A DNA stretch of 64,000 nt from Mobula hypostoma. Its lineage: Eukaryota. The stretch is taken from the NCBI RefSeq assembly GCF_963921235.1, contig NC_086108.1:57476001-57540000 (forward strand), given 5' to 3'. Both the position numbers and the translations under genes were made by a program. The notes beneath the pieces are model-generated. The model searched no databases. It was not told where the DNA came from and saw only the letters and a program-made list of their open reading frames with translations. Of this stretch, positions 37,401-52,400 are shown one piece after another. Position 1 is the stretch's first letter, and every line of letters starts with the position of its first letter.

Positions 37401-40400
37401 GAGTTCATAATATTCAAATGTAAGCAGTGGCTCAGGAAGATTGATAAAGTAATCTGCAACAGTCTTAAATACATCTCGCTCAAAACCAGGATATGTTGGC
37501 TGGTTCAGGTCATTGTGCCGGGGCCCTGAATTAGAGTCATAAATAGCAACAAAAAAAGTAATGCAACATTGCACACTAATAAAGTCAAATCATTTCCGAG
37601 GACCTAAAAAATTAGAAGGGAAATGAGAATTACTAGCTCAACTTAAAATGAAGTCAAAGTCAGATTTCAAAATGTAAAGAGATAATTACTTCTACTTATT
37701 AAACAAACATTAGCACTTCATTTGTTTTATTTGTACTATTATCATTTGAGTCAGCACATCATGAGATTAGGACTCATTATAGAACAATCTCCTAATCTAT
37801 TATACCTTTGGTGCAATCCTTCCATGAAAAGAGTGTAACAGTATTTTTCTAATGTCCATTCCTATGCAATACACATGTATTTGTTACAGGCCATCTATCC
37901 GATCTGCATAGCAATGCCAAGATGTGACATAATGGTACTGAGGAAAGTCCAGTGAACAGTCCCAACCAAAGGGCGGAAGAAAATTCTTCCTTCGCCTTAA
38001 TTGCTCTGATGAGAGCACTTTCCTCAAGGATACTTCTTCCACTTTTCTGCGTCACTATTTTGCTTTTGATGTTCTTCTTTCTTGTCCATGTCATCGTCCC
38101 TCTACATAAGTCCTCACCTCACACTCTCAGCAAATCCACTACATCAGCACATGATGATTTTCACTCCTGATGTCATTTTTTCCTCCCTGCACCTTACCCA
38201 CACTTGCAATCTACTCTTCATCTTTCTTTCTCCCTCCTGGTCCACATATGGCTATTCTCTTCATGTTCCACGTTAATCATTCTCTCTCTTGCTGTTATAT
38301 CACTTGCCACCCCTCCCCAGTCCCCCTCCCCATTACTATTGCACTCTTGCTTCTAATCACATACTCCACCCACATAATCCATCCCATATACAGTAAAACA
38401 AATGACAGAAAAAAAAATCATTCCATGCATTCTTTGTCCATATTCCTGTGTCACACGCCAACATCCTTCCACATTGATTTCTCTGATATATCATCTCTTC
38501 TTCACACATTCCATTATCATCCACCTCTGAGCAACTTACCATTCCCTACTTCTCCATCACATCCAGCATTTTACATGGCTACAAAGGACAACTTTGTATC
38601 AATTCTGATAACTTAATCCCATTAGCCACATTGTGTTTTTGGAAATTATTGACTTACAGTTTGCTAGACACTTCATAGCGGACAGCACCCAATGAGGTAG
38701 ATCTTCTGCAAAGAAACAGGTAGTTAAGGATCAAATTCCACATACTAAGTTTTAACTTTTATCACCCACTACGGTCTGACATGCCAAGACTCAAAATACA
38801 ATTTGATAATTTGCTAAAGTTGAAACTACAATCACTTAAATTAGGGGTTGAAAATTGGCAGGAATGACTTAGATTTCTTATTTACAGTACTTGAATTTGC
38901 TTCGATTTAAAATTCTCTCCCAAATCTCTTCTTAGCTTTCTCTAAGATCAATAACCCCAATAACAAAACTCTTTCTACCCTCTCCATATCTTTCAAAAGG
39001 AAAATAAATAAAATTATAATGTTTCTACACAGAGCTATTTTTAAAATTAGATCTTTATTCAAAGGAAGACTTTTCTATATAGGGGAGTCACTATTAGATT
39101 ATGAGAGAGTTGAAGGTGAGTATCAATTACACACACAAAGAAAGACAGGAAATGCAAAATGGAATTAGGGGAAAATACCGCAAATATTTTGAAACTGAGA
39201 ACATGAAAATATAATTTTCAGTTTACCGAAGGTGAAAAGGACTTCCTGTTTCGATTAGTTGAGTAGTACCCATTTTCAGCAAGTCATAATGGAAAAATCA
39301 CTGCAAGAAATTGTTTGTGCTAACAACCAAGATTTTTGTCACTTCCAAACTCCATTGCTTTGTTTTTTTAAAATCTGTGCCATACCTCCTTGAGCATCTT
39401 GAGATAATTTTACATATTAAAGAGATATTAAATAATGCATGTGGATATTTACTTCTGGACATACAGTATAGCAGTCCTTATCAAAAACAGAGATAAAATC
39501 TGTTTACATATTTGTAAATGCTATTAAATTATATTGTAACATTCAAGATTTAAGATTGTTTAATGTGAACAAGTGCAAAGGATAACAAAATAATTGTTAC
39601 TCTGGATCCGACACAGCACAAAAAAAACCACAAGATAAAGAACAGGATAATAATAATAAAAAACACACATTAAGTATAAATACATAAAATAGCTTATATA
39701 CATAGATTGATTGTATGTTCATGAAGTGATGCTAGGCACAGGAATGTCTGTACACAACAGTAATTGACAAAATATTGGTGGTTGGGGGTATGCACGGGTG
39801 GGTTAATGGGCGGAGGCGTTTATCATCTTGCCTGCCTGGAGAAAGTAACTGTTTTTGAATCTAGTGGTACTGGCGTGGATGCAATGTAGCCTGTTTCCTA
39901 ATGAGAGTGGGACAAACAGTCCGTAAACAGGGTGCATGGGATTCTTCATAATATTACTGACCCTTTTCTGGCACCTTTCTGTATATATGCCCTTGATAGC
40001 AGGTAGGCTGGTGCTCCTGATGCATTGAGCAGTTTTGACTATCCATTGCAGAGCCTTCCTGTATGTTGCAGTGCAGTCTCCTGACCATGCTGTTCATTAG
40101 AATGCTCTCTACCGAGCAGCTGTAGAATGACACGAGTATAGATCTGCATAGTCCAGCTCCCTCCAGCCTCCAGAAAGTAGAGGCATTGGTGAGCTTTCCT
40201 GATCATGAAAAAAGTGCTCTGGGACCTTGAGAGGTTGTACAAGATGTGCTCTCCCAGGAAGTTTGAAACTACTTGCAGTTTCTACCGCTGGGCTGCCAAT
40301 GTAAAGAGGGATGTGAGTGGTGTGAGTTCTCCTGAAGCTGATACGCACAGAGGAAGTGGTTATTTGCCTTGCACCAGGACATGAGCTCTTCTGTCTTATC

Positions 40401-43400
40401 TCTGTCGGTATCTCATTGTTGTTAGTGATGAGTCCCATCACTGTTGTATCTTCGGCAAACTTGACAATCTTATTACTCGGTTGTTTGGCTGTGCATTCAT
40501 GTGTGAGCAGAATGTACAGCAACGGGCTCAGCACACAGCCCTGGTGGGGGGGGGTACCCACGTTGAGAATGATGGGGAGGGAGGGAGGGAGGAGCGGTTG
40601 TGCATTCTGACTACCTGGTTAGGAAGTCCAAAGCCCAGTTGCACAGTGGTGTATTTAGACCACAGCTACATTGTGAGTAAAATTCTAAATTCAATAAACT
40701 GAACAATACAACACATCTGCCACAAAGTCAAAAGCCAAATAATGAGAGTTTACAGTCAATGTGGATGGCTGAACAATAAGGAAAGCAAATTCAGGAGATT
40801 CTGCATGTCAAGAGATATTGAATGCTTGCTTTAAAAAGGAAACATATGGCAGATATGGATTACTGAAGACAGGAGATACTTAAGGCCAATAAAGGACCAC
40901 AAACAAAAAAAAGTTGGATAGACAAAATTAAGAAAATTCCAAGCCATTTTAGACAAAAATTGGCTGCACAGCAGTGACACCTTGCATAGAACTCCTTAAA
41001 CCAGCCTCCTGGGTCATTTCCCTTTGTTATCAGATCCAACACGGAGAAGGTTCCAGTGGTGAAAGTCTCATGTTAATTATAGTTAAATGAGAGGAACTTG
41101 TGGAACTACTGATATTTATTAGACCAACTGCAACTGGCTCACCTGTAGTAGTCAGAGGGGTGGAGGAGTGGCTGAAATTATGAGAATTTTAGCTCCCTCC
41201 CAGCATGCTTCTAGCTACTGTTCATTCACTTGAAAACAAGCTTGAAAAGCTCAGAGCAAAATTGGTATTTCAAAGGGAGATCAGGAATGCTATGTTCTTT
41301 GTTTCACTGAAACATGGCTCTCACATGATTCACCTGACCTTGCAATACAATCTGATGGCTTCTCCATCATTTGTACAGACTGTATGATACCCTCATCCAA
41401 TGATCAATGCTTTGTGGTGCATAGATGTGTCAGTCTTAGCTGTATTCTACTTCTCTGACCTGGAATACCAACTCAAACTGCTGCCCCTTTTATCTACTGA
41501 GGGAAATCATGTTCATCTTTTGTTAGCAGTTTATGTATCGCTTCAAGCTAGTATCATCATGGCAAGGAATGAAGTATACTTGAAAATTAACTCTGGAGAC
41601 AGAAAACTCTGATGCTTAATTCATCATTACTGGGGACAACAAATCAAGCTAACTTCAGTAACGTACCCTCCAAATGCAACCAGTGTGTCTTCTGCCTTTG
41701 CAAGTCAGAGGGATGGGGTTAACAGTCATTTTGAGCAGGAGCTTAGGAGACGATGGCACCTAACGGCGACTCCTTTGCTTGCATCTTCAGAAACAGCTCT
41801 ATTTCTATCTTTAATGTTTCTATTTTTCCCTTTCAGGGTTCTTTTGAAGACCTTGACCTGGAGTTACACGCTGACTTCGGTTCTTTGTGGGAATAGGACC
41901 CACTCTCAGGGTCTCACGACTGGCTGCTATTCGATATACCAAGGATGCAGCCTAGAAGACTAGCGCGCCTTCAGGGTTTCAGGATTTCGTGGCTCCACAG
42001 GCGGGCGGACTCAAGGTTGGTGCCACCGCCTAGTGTGTTGTGGGAGTACACGGAAGATCGAAAGCAGTGAGCTGGCTGCTGGCGGTGTGCCCAGAGACCC
42101 GAGTACTTTGGGCACAGAGCTCAGAAAAAGTGACGCAACAGACTTTTAATATCGTTAATCAGCGAATTGCTTGTTATGTCTCCCCTCTCGCTGTGAAACG
42201 GGAACACCTCTTTTTCCCTTATTAGGGCAAGAGAGAGAGCCTGTGGCATGTCGAATTACTGGGTGAACGAGTAGTCTTTGGGGTACTGCAAGTCTGTGTC
42301 TTTATTGTTGCTTTGCTGCACGCTTGAGTGCTCGGTGGGGGGTGCCGATGCTTTTTTGCTGGTGGGGGAGGGAGGGAATTGTTGCTTTGCTGATGCTTAC
42401 GCGTAGGAAGGGGAGCTGGGGGGGGTTTCGGGGTTCTAACATTTAACTGTCATTCATTCTTTGGGGGCACTCCTCTGTTTTCGTGATGCTTGCAAAGAAA
42501 AAGAATTTCAGGATGTATGTTGTATACATTTCTCTGACATTAAATGTACCTTTGAAACCTTCGAAAACAGAGTTCCACAAGGCACAAATTCCCCACCCAC
42601 TGTGTCTTACATCTCGTTGGCGGAAGTTAAATTTGCTTTCTTGAAGGAAAATTTCCTGAAACTGCCAGAACAGATGGAGTCCTTGTACACTTTCTGAAAT
42701 TGTGCACTTACCAATTGGCCACTGACATTTTTGACCTCTCACTTTAGTAATCTGAGATGCTGGAACCTGAAAGGTTGATGACCAGAATCAAGAGCAGCTT
42801 CTTTACCAGTGCTATCAGATTTCTATACGAACAGCCTCGTATATATCGGATGCTGCCACATTCTCAGAATCTGAATTTTACCATTCTTGGACATTCCTTT
42901 ATTGTCGATTCAGTATTTTTCCACTACTTCTGATTGCACTACAATCTCTGCACTCACTGTCTTTATTATTACCATGTATACCATTTAACTTTGACTTCAT
43001 GTGAGCAAGGAATTTCATTGCACTTCTCTTGTACTGTATATGACAAAAAAGTAATCTCATCCAATGTAAACATGAGGGTAACTAGACAAAGGAGGGAGCC
43101 TTGGGGGCACCGATATGGCAATCTGTACATAGACACAGAGTCAAATCTTAAATGAACGCGTCTCATCTGTATTCAGGGAGAGGGTGGTGATAACCTAGAG
43201 CCTAATGTGAATGGATGCAGTTTTGATGTCGCAGTGACAATAAGAGTGGATAAATCCCTAAAGTCTGCAATGTATCCGGTATCCTGGGCTGCGATATGAG
43301 GATTTTTAAAACTTCTCTAACCATGGGCAAGGTGCAAGATGACTGTAGGACAACAGGTGTTAATATCTTTATTCAAGAAAAGCAGCAAGGATAAGCCAGA

Positions 43401-46400
43401 TAATAAAGAAATGGGCACCTCAAGTCAGTAGTATAAATGTATTGGAAAAATTCAGGAGCACTGGATTAAACAGAACTTGGAAAGGCAGGGCTTAATCAAA
43501 GATGGTCAGCATAATTTTGTTTGGAGGAAATCATGTTTGACCAATCTGATTGAGTTGTTTTGTAATAACAACAAAATTTATTACTGAGGCCAGTGCAGCT
43601 GATGCTGTCTACACAAACTCTGCTAAGACCTTTAGTAAGGCACCATCAGACAGCTGGTCCAAAAGGTTAGAGCCCATGAGATTCAAGACACATTGGTAAA
43701 TTGGATACGAAGTTGGCTTGGTAATAGGAGACAGAATACGATAGTGAAAGGTTGCTTTTGAGACTGGAACCCTGTGACCAGTGCTGTACTACCTGGCTGA
43801 GAGCTGGGACCCTTACTGTTTGTTATATACATTACTGACTTGAACATAGAAGATAGGGTTAGTAAGTTTGCAGATGATTTGAATATTGGCAGTGTTGTTG
43901 ATAGTGAGAAGGGTATTCTTGGGTTTTAGAAAAACAGTGATCATCTGGACAAAATAATGATGTAATTTAATTCTCATAAGTATGAGGTAATGCATTTTTG
44001 GAAAGCTAATAATGTAGGAAATATACTATGAATGATGGAGGCCCCTCAAGATGGCAGCATAGATAGATAAAGTGGTGAAGGTGTATGTGGTGTTTGCTTT
44101 CATTGAACAGACCACATAAAGTACAAGAGTATGGAAGTTATCATACATATCATACATGATGGAGATGGAGACGGACTTAAGATGCCGCTAAACGGCGACT
44201 CCTTTGCTTGCATCTTCGGAACAGCTCTATTTCTATCTTTAATATCTTTATTTTTCCCCTTCAAGGTTCTTTTGAAGATGCCGACCTGGAGTTACACGCA
44301 GACTTTGGTTCTTTGTGGAAATGGGACCTGTTCTCAGGGTTTCAGGACTGGCCATTGTTTGACACGCCAAGGTTTCGGCCTGGGAGTCCGGCTCGTATTT
44401 GGAAGCCTAAGATCTCGGGGCTCTGGAGACATGCAGATTGAGGGTTGGTGTCACTGCAGGACACCCGTCTGCCGTCGGGGGAGTTGGAAAATCTACTGCT
44501 GTGAGCCCGAAGACCCGAGATCTTTGCAATCTTCAGGCACAGAGCTTGAAAAAAAACGACGTAATGGACTTTTAACATCGTAAACCAATGAGTTGTTGTT
44601 ATGTCTCCCAGCTCGCTAGGAAAATGGAGACACCTCCCTCTCCCTTACTAGGGGGAGAGAGAACCTGTGGTTTGTCGAATGCCGGTCTTTGGGGTAACTG
44701 CAAGTCTGTGTCTTTGCTATTGCTTTGGTCACGCGTGAGTGCTCGGTGGTGGTGCTGATGCTTGCTTTTTGCTGGTGGGGGGAGGGGGGATTTTTGCCGG
44801 TTTACGCGCAGGAGGGCGTAGTTGGAAGGGAACTTTGGGGTTCTCACGTTTAATTGTCGTTCATTCTTTGGGGCACTTCTCTGTTTTTGTGGATGTTTGA
44901 GAAGAAAAAGCATTTCAGGAGGTATATTGTATACATTTCTCTGACATTAAATTGGACCTTTGAGCCTTTGATATTTAGTCAGGATATAAGTAGATAGTGT
45001 AGAATGTACTGTTCTGGTCACCATGCTGCAGGAAGGACACAATTACACTGGGGAATTTCCAGCGGAGTTTCACCAGAATGATACGCGGTAAGGCACATTT
45101 CAGTTATGACGAGATAATGAATAGACTGGGTTTGTTTGCCTTGGAGTAGAGAGACTGAAGTGATCCTGATAGAGGTATACAAAATTATTAAAGGCATTGA
45201 TAGGATAGATATTGGAAACTTTTCCCAGAGCAAAGCTGTATATAATCATATGGCATACATTTAAGACAAATGACAAGAGGCTTAGGGTGGATTAGATGAA
45301 GATTTTTTTCATCCAGAGGGTGAACGGAATCAGGAATGCAATGCCTGCTGGATGACTGTGACAGGTACTGTCACAATATTGACGATAACAAGAACTGCTG
45401 AAGTAATGAAGGCAATGGACCAAGTGCTGATACTGCACATGGGAACAATACAGATAGTCAGCATATGCTGGGCATGGTCTGTTTTCAATGCGGTATTACT
45501 CTGTGACACCATAACTAATGACATCAATGGAAACTAGTATTTCCCATATTGATACCAAGCAATTGCCATTACTATGAGTAGTCTTTGCCATCCTCAGAAT
45601 GTAATGCAAGGGATTAGAGACACAAAAAAAGGTAGTCTCACCTGATTTGTCTTGTAATACAACAACGCCATGTTTACTGATGTTACATACATTGTATACA
45701 ATATTCTGAGAAATAATTTGCGAGAAATCCAGCACATCATCCAGTGAAGCTAAGCCCAAGAGTTTCTGCAGGCTGGAACAAAACAGATTATGGTACAGAA
45801 ACTTGGAATGGCATGATTTATAGCAATTATTTCACTACCACAAGTACAAGCTACCATAAGTTTATAAAATTTATCAATAGTGAGAGAACTATAATTTCAA
45901 TTACATTTTGTCAGTTAGATTATTGCGAGTACTTAACTCTTCAGTTATTTACAATATCTTTTAATACACGAGTCTCACTGAAACTTAACGATAATAAAAA
46001 CAGAAATGTACACTAGATGCATGCTTGAATACAATGCAAATATGATTATATAGTAGGAATTCATATGTTTGGCCTTGTAAGACAAGAGTAAGACAACTAC
46101 ATTTTTTGGTGGGGGGAGCATTGATGCAAAAAAGTTTATTTGTTTTCAAATAATCTATTATCTTCAACATCGTAGCTATATCCTAACTAGCCAGGGTTTC
46201 ATGCGTTAAGAACAGGTTATTAAAATTAAATAATTATTTATCCAATTTTATTGTACCTGCTGTAATGATAAGAAATAAAAAATGAAGTTTCCACATTTTA
46301 TTGATATATGACAGTTTTGGAACTTTAAGAATGCAATCCATCATTGTAACTTTTTTTTTAAATATCAAGCTCAGTGCACATTGATAAAATAAACATAGCT

Positions 46401-49400
46401 GAATGAAACCAAACAGGGAATTTAAAACCCATCTGGTGCTTGTCATTAGTGCGAGACTAATAATTTCAGACAGGGCCCAAACCAGCAAAATCTCAAATTT
46501 TGTATTGCTCATTATGTTCAAAACAGCTGTTATTCCTCACCCTAAAAAGATCCTCTCATGCTACTCTGACTTGCCAATGGTCTGCTATCACTTCCTTAAT
46601 AACATTCTAGCATTTTCCTTATTAAAATATCAGGATTACTGATTTGTGGTTCTCTGATTTCCTTTTTGCATAATCAGTGGGATTAAATTTGCTATCTTCC
46701 AGTCTCTGGGAACTGTTTAAGGTGCATGGAATTTTGGAGATGACGGTCATGACTTAATTTCTATTGGCCTCTACTTTCAAAATGTTGGAATGACAGTCAA
46801 TTTCTGGGGGTTTAATATCTTTAAATCTGAATAATTCCTTGTATCTTTTTATTTTCAAAAAAGAACATCTTTCTAAATTCCTTCTAATCCTTTCACTCTA
46901 GACCTATTATTCTCCATTATTTCCATGAGACTTGCGTGGAGTTAGACATAACATATTTTAACTTCTATCATTGCAATGTTCACCAATTTCATTCTTCCAA
47001 TTTGTCTGTAAGGAGTCCATATTAACTTCTATTCTTTTTAACATACCAATAGAAGCTGACCAGAAAAACTCAATTTACTTTCTTTCTTTCCTTGCATATC
47101 AGTCTTTCTTTCTCAAATTTTGAATATCTCCCAATCAGACTCATTGCTCTTTTCATACAACATGGCCAAAGTCTTTTCCTTTGATCTGTTAGTACTTTTA
47201 ACGTTCCTCATTAGCCACTATTGGATCACTTTTCTTCAGTTTTTGTCGTAAACTGTGCATTAATTCCTTAAATTTTTAACCTTAAAAAGTCTATTGTCGT
47301 AACTATGAATGCCGTTTTGTAGTCTACTATAGCCAACTCCAACTGGAAACTTTAAAGAATGGACTGGAAGCATAAAAATATTGCCTCAAGATTAAATGTT
47401 TAGAGTAAAAATGTACTGCATTAGTTTCACTCAAAAGAGGGGTAAAATGCAGAAAGATAGGTTGATTCTAGATGATACCATTTAAAACACTTTCTAATTG
47501 GAGAGCTCATCTGTAGTTTTAGGGATGGTCGTATAAAATTGGCTAGGACTTTTCTATAGAGCAGTTTCTTTAAAAAAATCAAGGCTATGTGGAGAAAAAA
47601 ATTGTTTACATAGAGCTTTCACTATTATACACATTCTAAAGCACTGAATAGCTGTAAAATTAGATGGAGAAATACGACAGAACTAAAACAGAATGCAGAA
47701 AATTTGATTTAAAATAAATTGAATTAAATAAATTACAAAATAAAAGTCTTGATGCAATCTTGACTAATAGTAACCATGAACAATTCCACTTCAGAAGTTT
47801 CATAGTGGTCTATCATTCTATATTTTGTCACATCATGACTTACTGATTAAGTACAACTTCTCTCCAAGCTTCCTCAATGTCACTCTGAGTAACTGGTCTG
47901 GTGTGTGTCAACTGTTCATCAGAAGTGACCACTGGAACCTCCTTATCCAATTCTTCAGTATTCACCTTGTAATAAATAGACAAATTTCACATAACCCAAC
48001 AAAAATTAGTTTGAACTAACTCATTTCTAAACTAAAATATTAGAATATGGTAATTGCAGCCTGGTTACTTATCCATACCAAATAGAAGGAAACCCAAAGT
48101 ACAGCAGCAGGAAATGATTCATTATGTTCATGGAGCAGCACCTTAAGTAGCATAGGGATATTGGATAATGGACTAGACAATGCTAGTACTTCTGATTGGT
48201 ACCAAAACGTACACACAATTGTGTTTTGGGACAATTTCCAAAAACCTTCTAGTTTCTTGGATTTACTAAATGAACTTTTAAAATGCATGCTTGCCTGCAT
48301 GGTGGCAAAATGGATTGGTACCCTAAAGCATGAAAAGACAAAACAAATTGAACTATTTGCATTAATCAAGGAATCACACTGTAGGAGCCATTCATCAGCA
48401 TTGTATTCTGTGTTGCATGTTTATTATGGTAGTTAGTCACGTGGGAGGCGGTGTGGTAAAACAAAGGGACTTCATGTATTTATACTTTATTCTTGGCAGT
48501 TTAGAGCTGGGGCACAACAGATGTCATATCTTTTGCTGTATGCTCAATGTTGCTTAATTACAGTGCCTACAAAAAGTATTTAAACCCCTTGGAAGTTTTC
48601 ATGTTTTATTGTTTTACAACATTGAATCACGGTGGATTTAATTTGGCTTTTTTTGACACTGATCAACAGAAAGACTTATTGGTGTCAAAGTGAAAACAGA
48701 TCTCTACAAAGTGATCTAAATTAATTACAGCTATAAAACATAAAATAATTGATTGCACACCCTTCAAGTCAGTATTTAGTAGAAACACACACGGCACACA
48801 AAATGCTGCAGGAACTCAGCAGGCCAGACAGCATTTATGGAAAAGAGTACAGTCGACGTTATGGGCCGAGACCCTTTGGCAGTATTTAGCACATGCAAAT
48901 TTGGCAGCAATTACATCCTCGAATCTGTGTGAAGAGGTCTCTATCAGCTTTGCACATCTGTACACTGCAATTTTCCCCCATTTTTCTTTACAAAACAGCT
49001 CAAGCTCTGTCAGATTGCATGGGGATTGTGAGTGAGCAGCCCTTTTCAAGTCCAGCCACAAATTCTCAATTGGATTGAGGCCCTGACTCTGACTTGGGCA
49101 CTCCAGGACATTAACTTCGTTGTTTTTAAGCCATCCCTGTGTAGCTTTGGCTTTATGCTTGGGGTCATTGTCTTGCTGGAAAACAAATCTTCTCCCATGT
49201 TGCAGTTCTCTTGCAGACTGCGTCAGGTTTTCCTCCAGGATTTCTCTGTATTTTGCTGCATTCATTTTACCCTCTACCTTCACAAGCCTTGCAGGGCCTT
49301 CTGCAGTGAAGCATCCCCACAGCGTGATGCAGCCACCACCATGCTTCACAGGATGGTCTGTTTTTGATGTCATGCCAAATGTTGCGTTTAGTTTGATGGC

Positions 49401-52400
49401 CAAAAAGCTCAATTTTGGTTTCATCAGACCATAGAATCTTCTTCCAGCTGACTTCAGAGTCTCCCACATGCCTTCTGGCAAACTCTAGCCAAGATTTCAC
49501 GTGAGTTTTCTCAACAGTGGTTTTCTTTTGCCACTCTTCCTTAAAGCTGCGACTGGTGAAGTACCTGGGCAACGGTTGTTGTATGCACAGTCTCTTCCCA
49601 TCTTAGCCACTGAAGCTTGTAACTCCTCCAGAGTTGTCATGGGTTCACTGGTGGCCTCCCTCACTGTTTCCCCTCTTGCACAGTCACTCAGTTTTTGAAG
49701 ACGGCCCTGCTTTAGGCAGATTTACAGCTGTGCCATATTGTTTCCATTTTGTGATGATTGACTTAATTGTACTCCAAGGGATATTCAGTGACTTGGAAAT
49801 TCTCTTGTATCCATCTCTTGATGTGTGCTTTTCAATAAGCTTTTTGTGGAGTTGTTTGGAGCATTCTTTTGCCTTCATGGTGTAGTTTTTGCCAGGATAC
49901 TGACTCACCAGTAGTTGGATCTTCCACACACAGGTGTATTTTACTACAATCAATTGAAACACCTTGACTGCACACAGGTGATCTCCATTTAACTAATTAT
50001 GTGACTTCTAAAACACCAGTGATGATTTAGTGTGTCATATTAAAGGGGGTGAATACTTATACAATCAATTGTTTTGTGTTTTATATTTATGATCAATTTA
50101 GATCACTTTGTAGAGATCCGTTTTCACTTTGGCACAAGTCTTTTTCTGTTGATCAGCGTCAAAAAAAAAAGCCAAATTAAATCCACTGTGATTCAATGTT
50201 GTAAAACAAAAAAAAAGAAAACTTCCAAAGGGGGTGAATAGTTTTTATAGGCACTGTACATTTGAAATCACTGAACTCTACTTAACTTTGATGAAGTACG
50301 CCTCAGTGCATTTAATATCGCTAGTTTTAGTTTCATAAATTTCATTGCTTCAAGATTGTGTTTTTCTAGTTGCTAATAAAGGATCGAATACTTTTCTTTA
50401 ACTCTGTGGAACATTGTTATTGGATTGAATGGAGGGCATGTCATACAATGATAATTACCTGTGGGTTTTACCAACCCAGTATTGGTTTGTCCTAGTGGGC
50501 CACTGCACACACAACTAAATAAGCTTTTTGTTCTTAACATAAAAGTTAGCTAGAGGTCCATCATTATAAAAACCTCATTACCAGGTTTGTGATTTCCAAA
50601 CCAAAGGCAAGGCAGTGGATGTCATTTATTTGGATTTTCAGTAGGCGTTTGATAAGGTGCCACAGGAGGCTGTGTAACAAGATAAAATCCTATGGTGTTA
50701 CAGGAAAGATACTGGCATGGATAGAGGGATGGCTGACAGGCAGTGGGCAGCCAGTGGGAAGAAAAGGAGCCTTTTCTGCTTGGCTGCTGGTGACTAGCGA
50801 TGTTCCTCAGGGGTTAGTGTTGAGACCGCTATTTTTCACATTGTTTGTCAGTGATTTAGATAATGAAATTAGTAGCTTTGTGGCAAAGTTTGTAGATGAT
50901 ACGAAGATAGGTGGAGGGGTAGGTAGTGCTGAGGAAGAAATGCGATTGCAAAAGGACTTAGACAAATTGGAAGAATGGGCAGAAAAGTGGCAGATGGAAT
51001 ACAGTGTTGGGAAAAGTATGATAATGCACTTTGGTAAAAGGAACAATAGTGCAGACTGTTATCTAAATGGAGAGAAGGTTCAAACATCAGACATACCGAG
51101 GGACTTAGAAGTCCTTGTGCAAGACTCCCAGAAGGTTAATTTACAAGTCGAGTCTGTGGTAAAGGCGTCAAATGCAATGGTGGCATTTATTTTAAGGGGA
51201 ATAGAATATAAAAGCAAGGAGATAACGGTGTGAGCCTTTATAAGACACTAGTCAAGCCATACTTGGAGTATTGTCAATAGTTTTGGGCTCCTATCTCAGA
51301 AAGGATGTGTTGTCATTGGAGAGTATCCAGAGGAGATTCACGACGATGATTCCGGGAATGAAGGGGTTAACATATGAGGAGCGTTTGGCAGCTTTGGGCC
51401 TTTACTCAGAATGCAGGGGATCTCACTGAAACCTACTGAATGTTGAAAGGACTAGATAGGGTGGATGTGGAGAAGATGTTTCCAGTGGTGGGGGTATCCA
51501 GAACTAGAGGGTGCAGCCTCAAAACTGAGGGGCGACCCTTTAGAACAGAGGTAAGGAGGAATTCTTTTGGCCAGAGAGTAGTGAATCTGTAGAATGCTCT
51601 GCCAGAGACGGCGATGGAGGTCAAGTCTGTGGGTATATTTAAGAGAGAAGTTCATTGTTTCCTGATTGGTCAGGGTATCAAAGAATATGGTGAGAAGGCA
51701 GGTGTAGGGGGTTGAGTGAGATCCGGGATCAGCCATGATGGAATGGTGGAGCAGACTCAATGGGCTGAATGGCCTAAATCTGTTCCTATGTCCTATGGTG
51801 TTATGGCAACATTGTTTTTAGTTACCCAGAAATGCAGTAGCCTTTCTTTTATTAAACACAATATTTCTCCAAATCTAAGGACATCATCATGAAGATACGT
51901 TTTAAATCAAGCATTGTTTGAGAAGTTCACAAAGCTTCTATCTCTAAGTTTCTCATTTTCATTACAAATCTAACAGATCTAAGCTTCTTTTCTTAAAAAC
52001 ATGAACAACATACCTTAATATGTCAACCATTAAGCTTGAAAATAATGCAGAATTTCTGAGAAAATGCAACCCATACACATTTGGCATTCCAGTACTTGGT
52101 AATCTCACACATAATGTATGCAGACTGGAGTGGGAACTTTCTTATTAGAGCCATTCCAAATCCCTGTTATGTGTTCGATTATGTGGTGAGGCGACAGCAA
52201 ACCACACAAAAGAATCTGCACCACTTTTGGATATTACAAATGATCCAATAATGGGTTGTGGACAACATTCAGAGGCAATCTGTGTCTAAAATTTTGGAAC
52301 ATCCGGCGTTTACAAAAGCATAGAACTCCTCTAGCTGCTGATAGGTGAGCAGGTGAAATGAATTGAACCGGAGCAGGCCATAAAGCCTTTGAACCTACTC

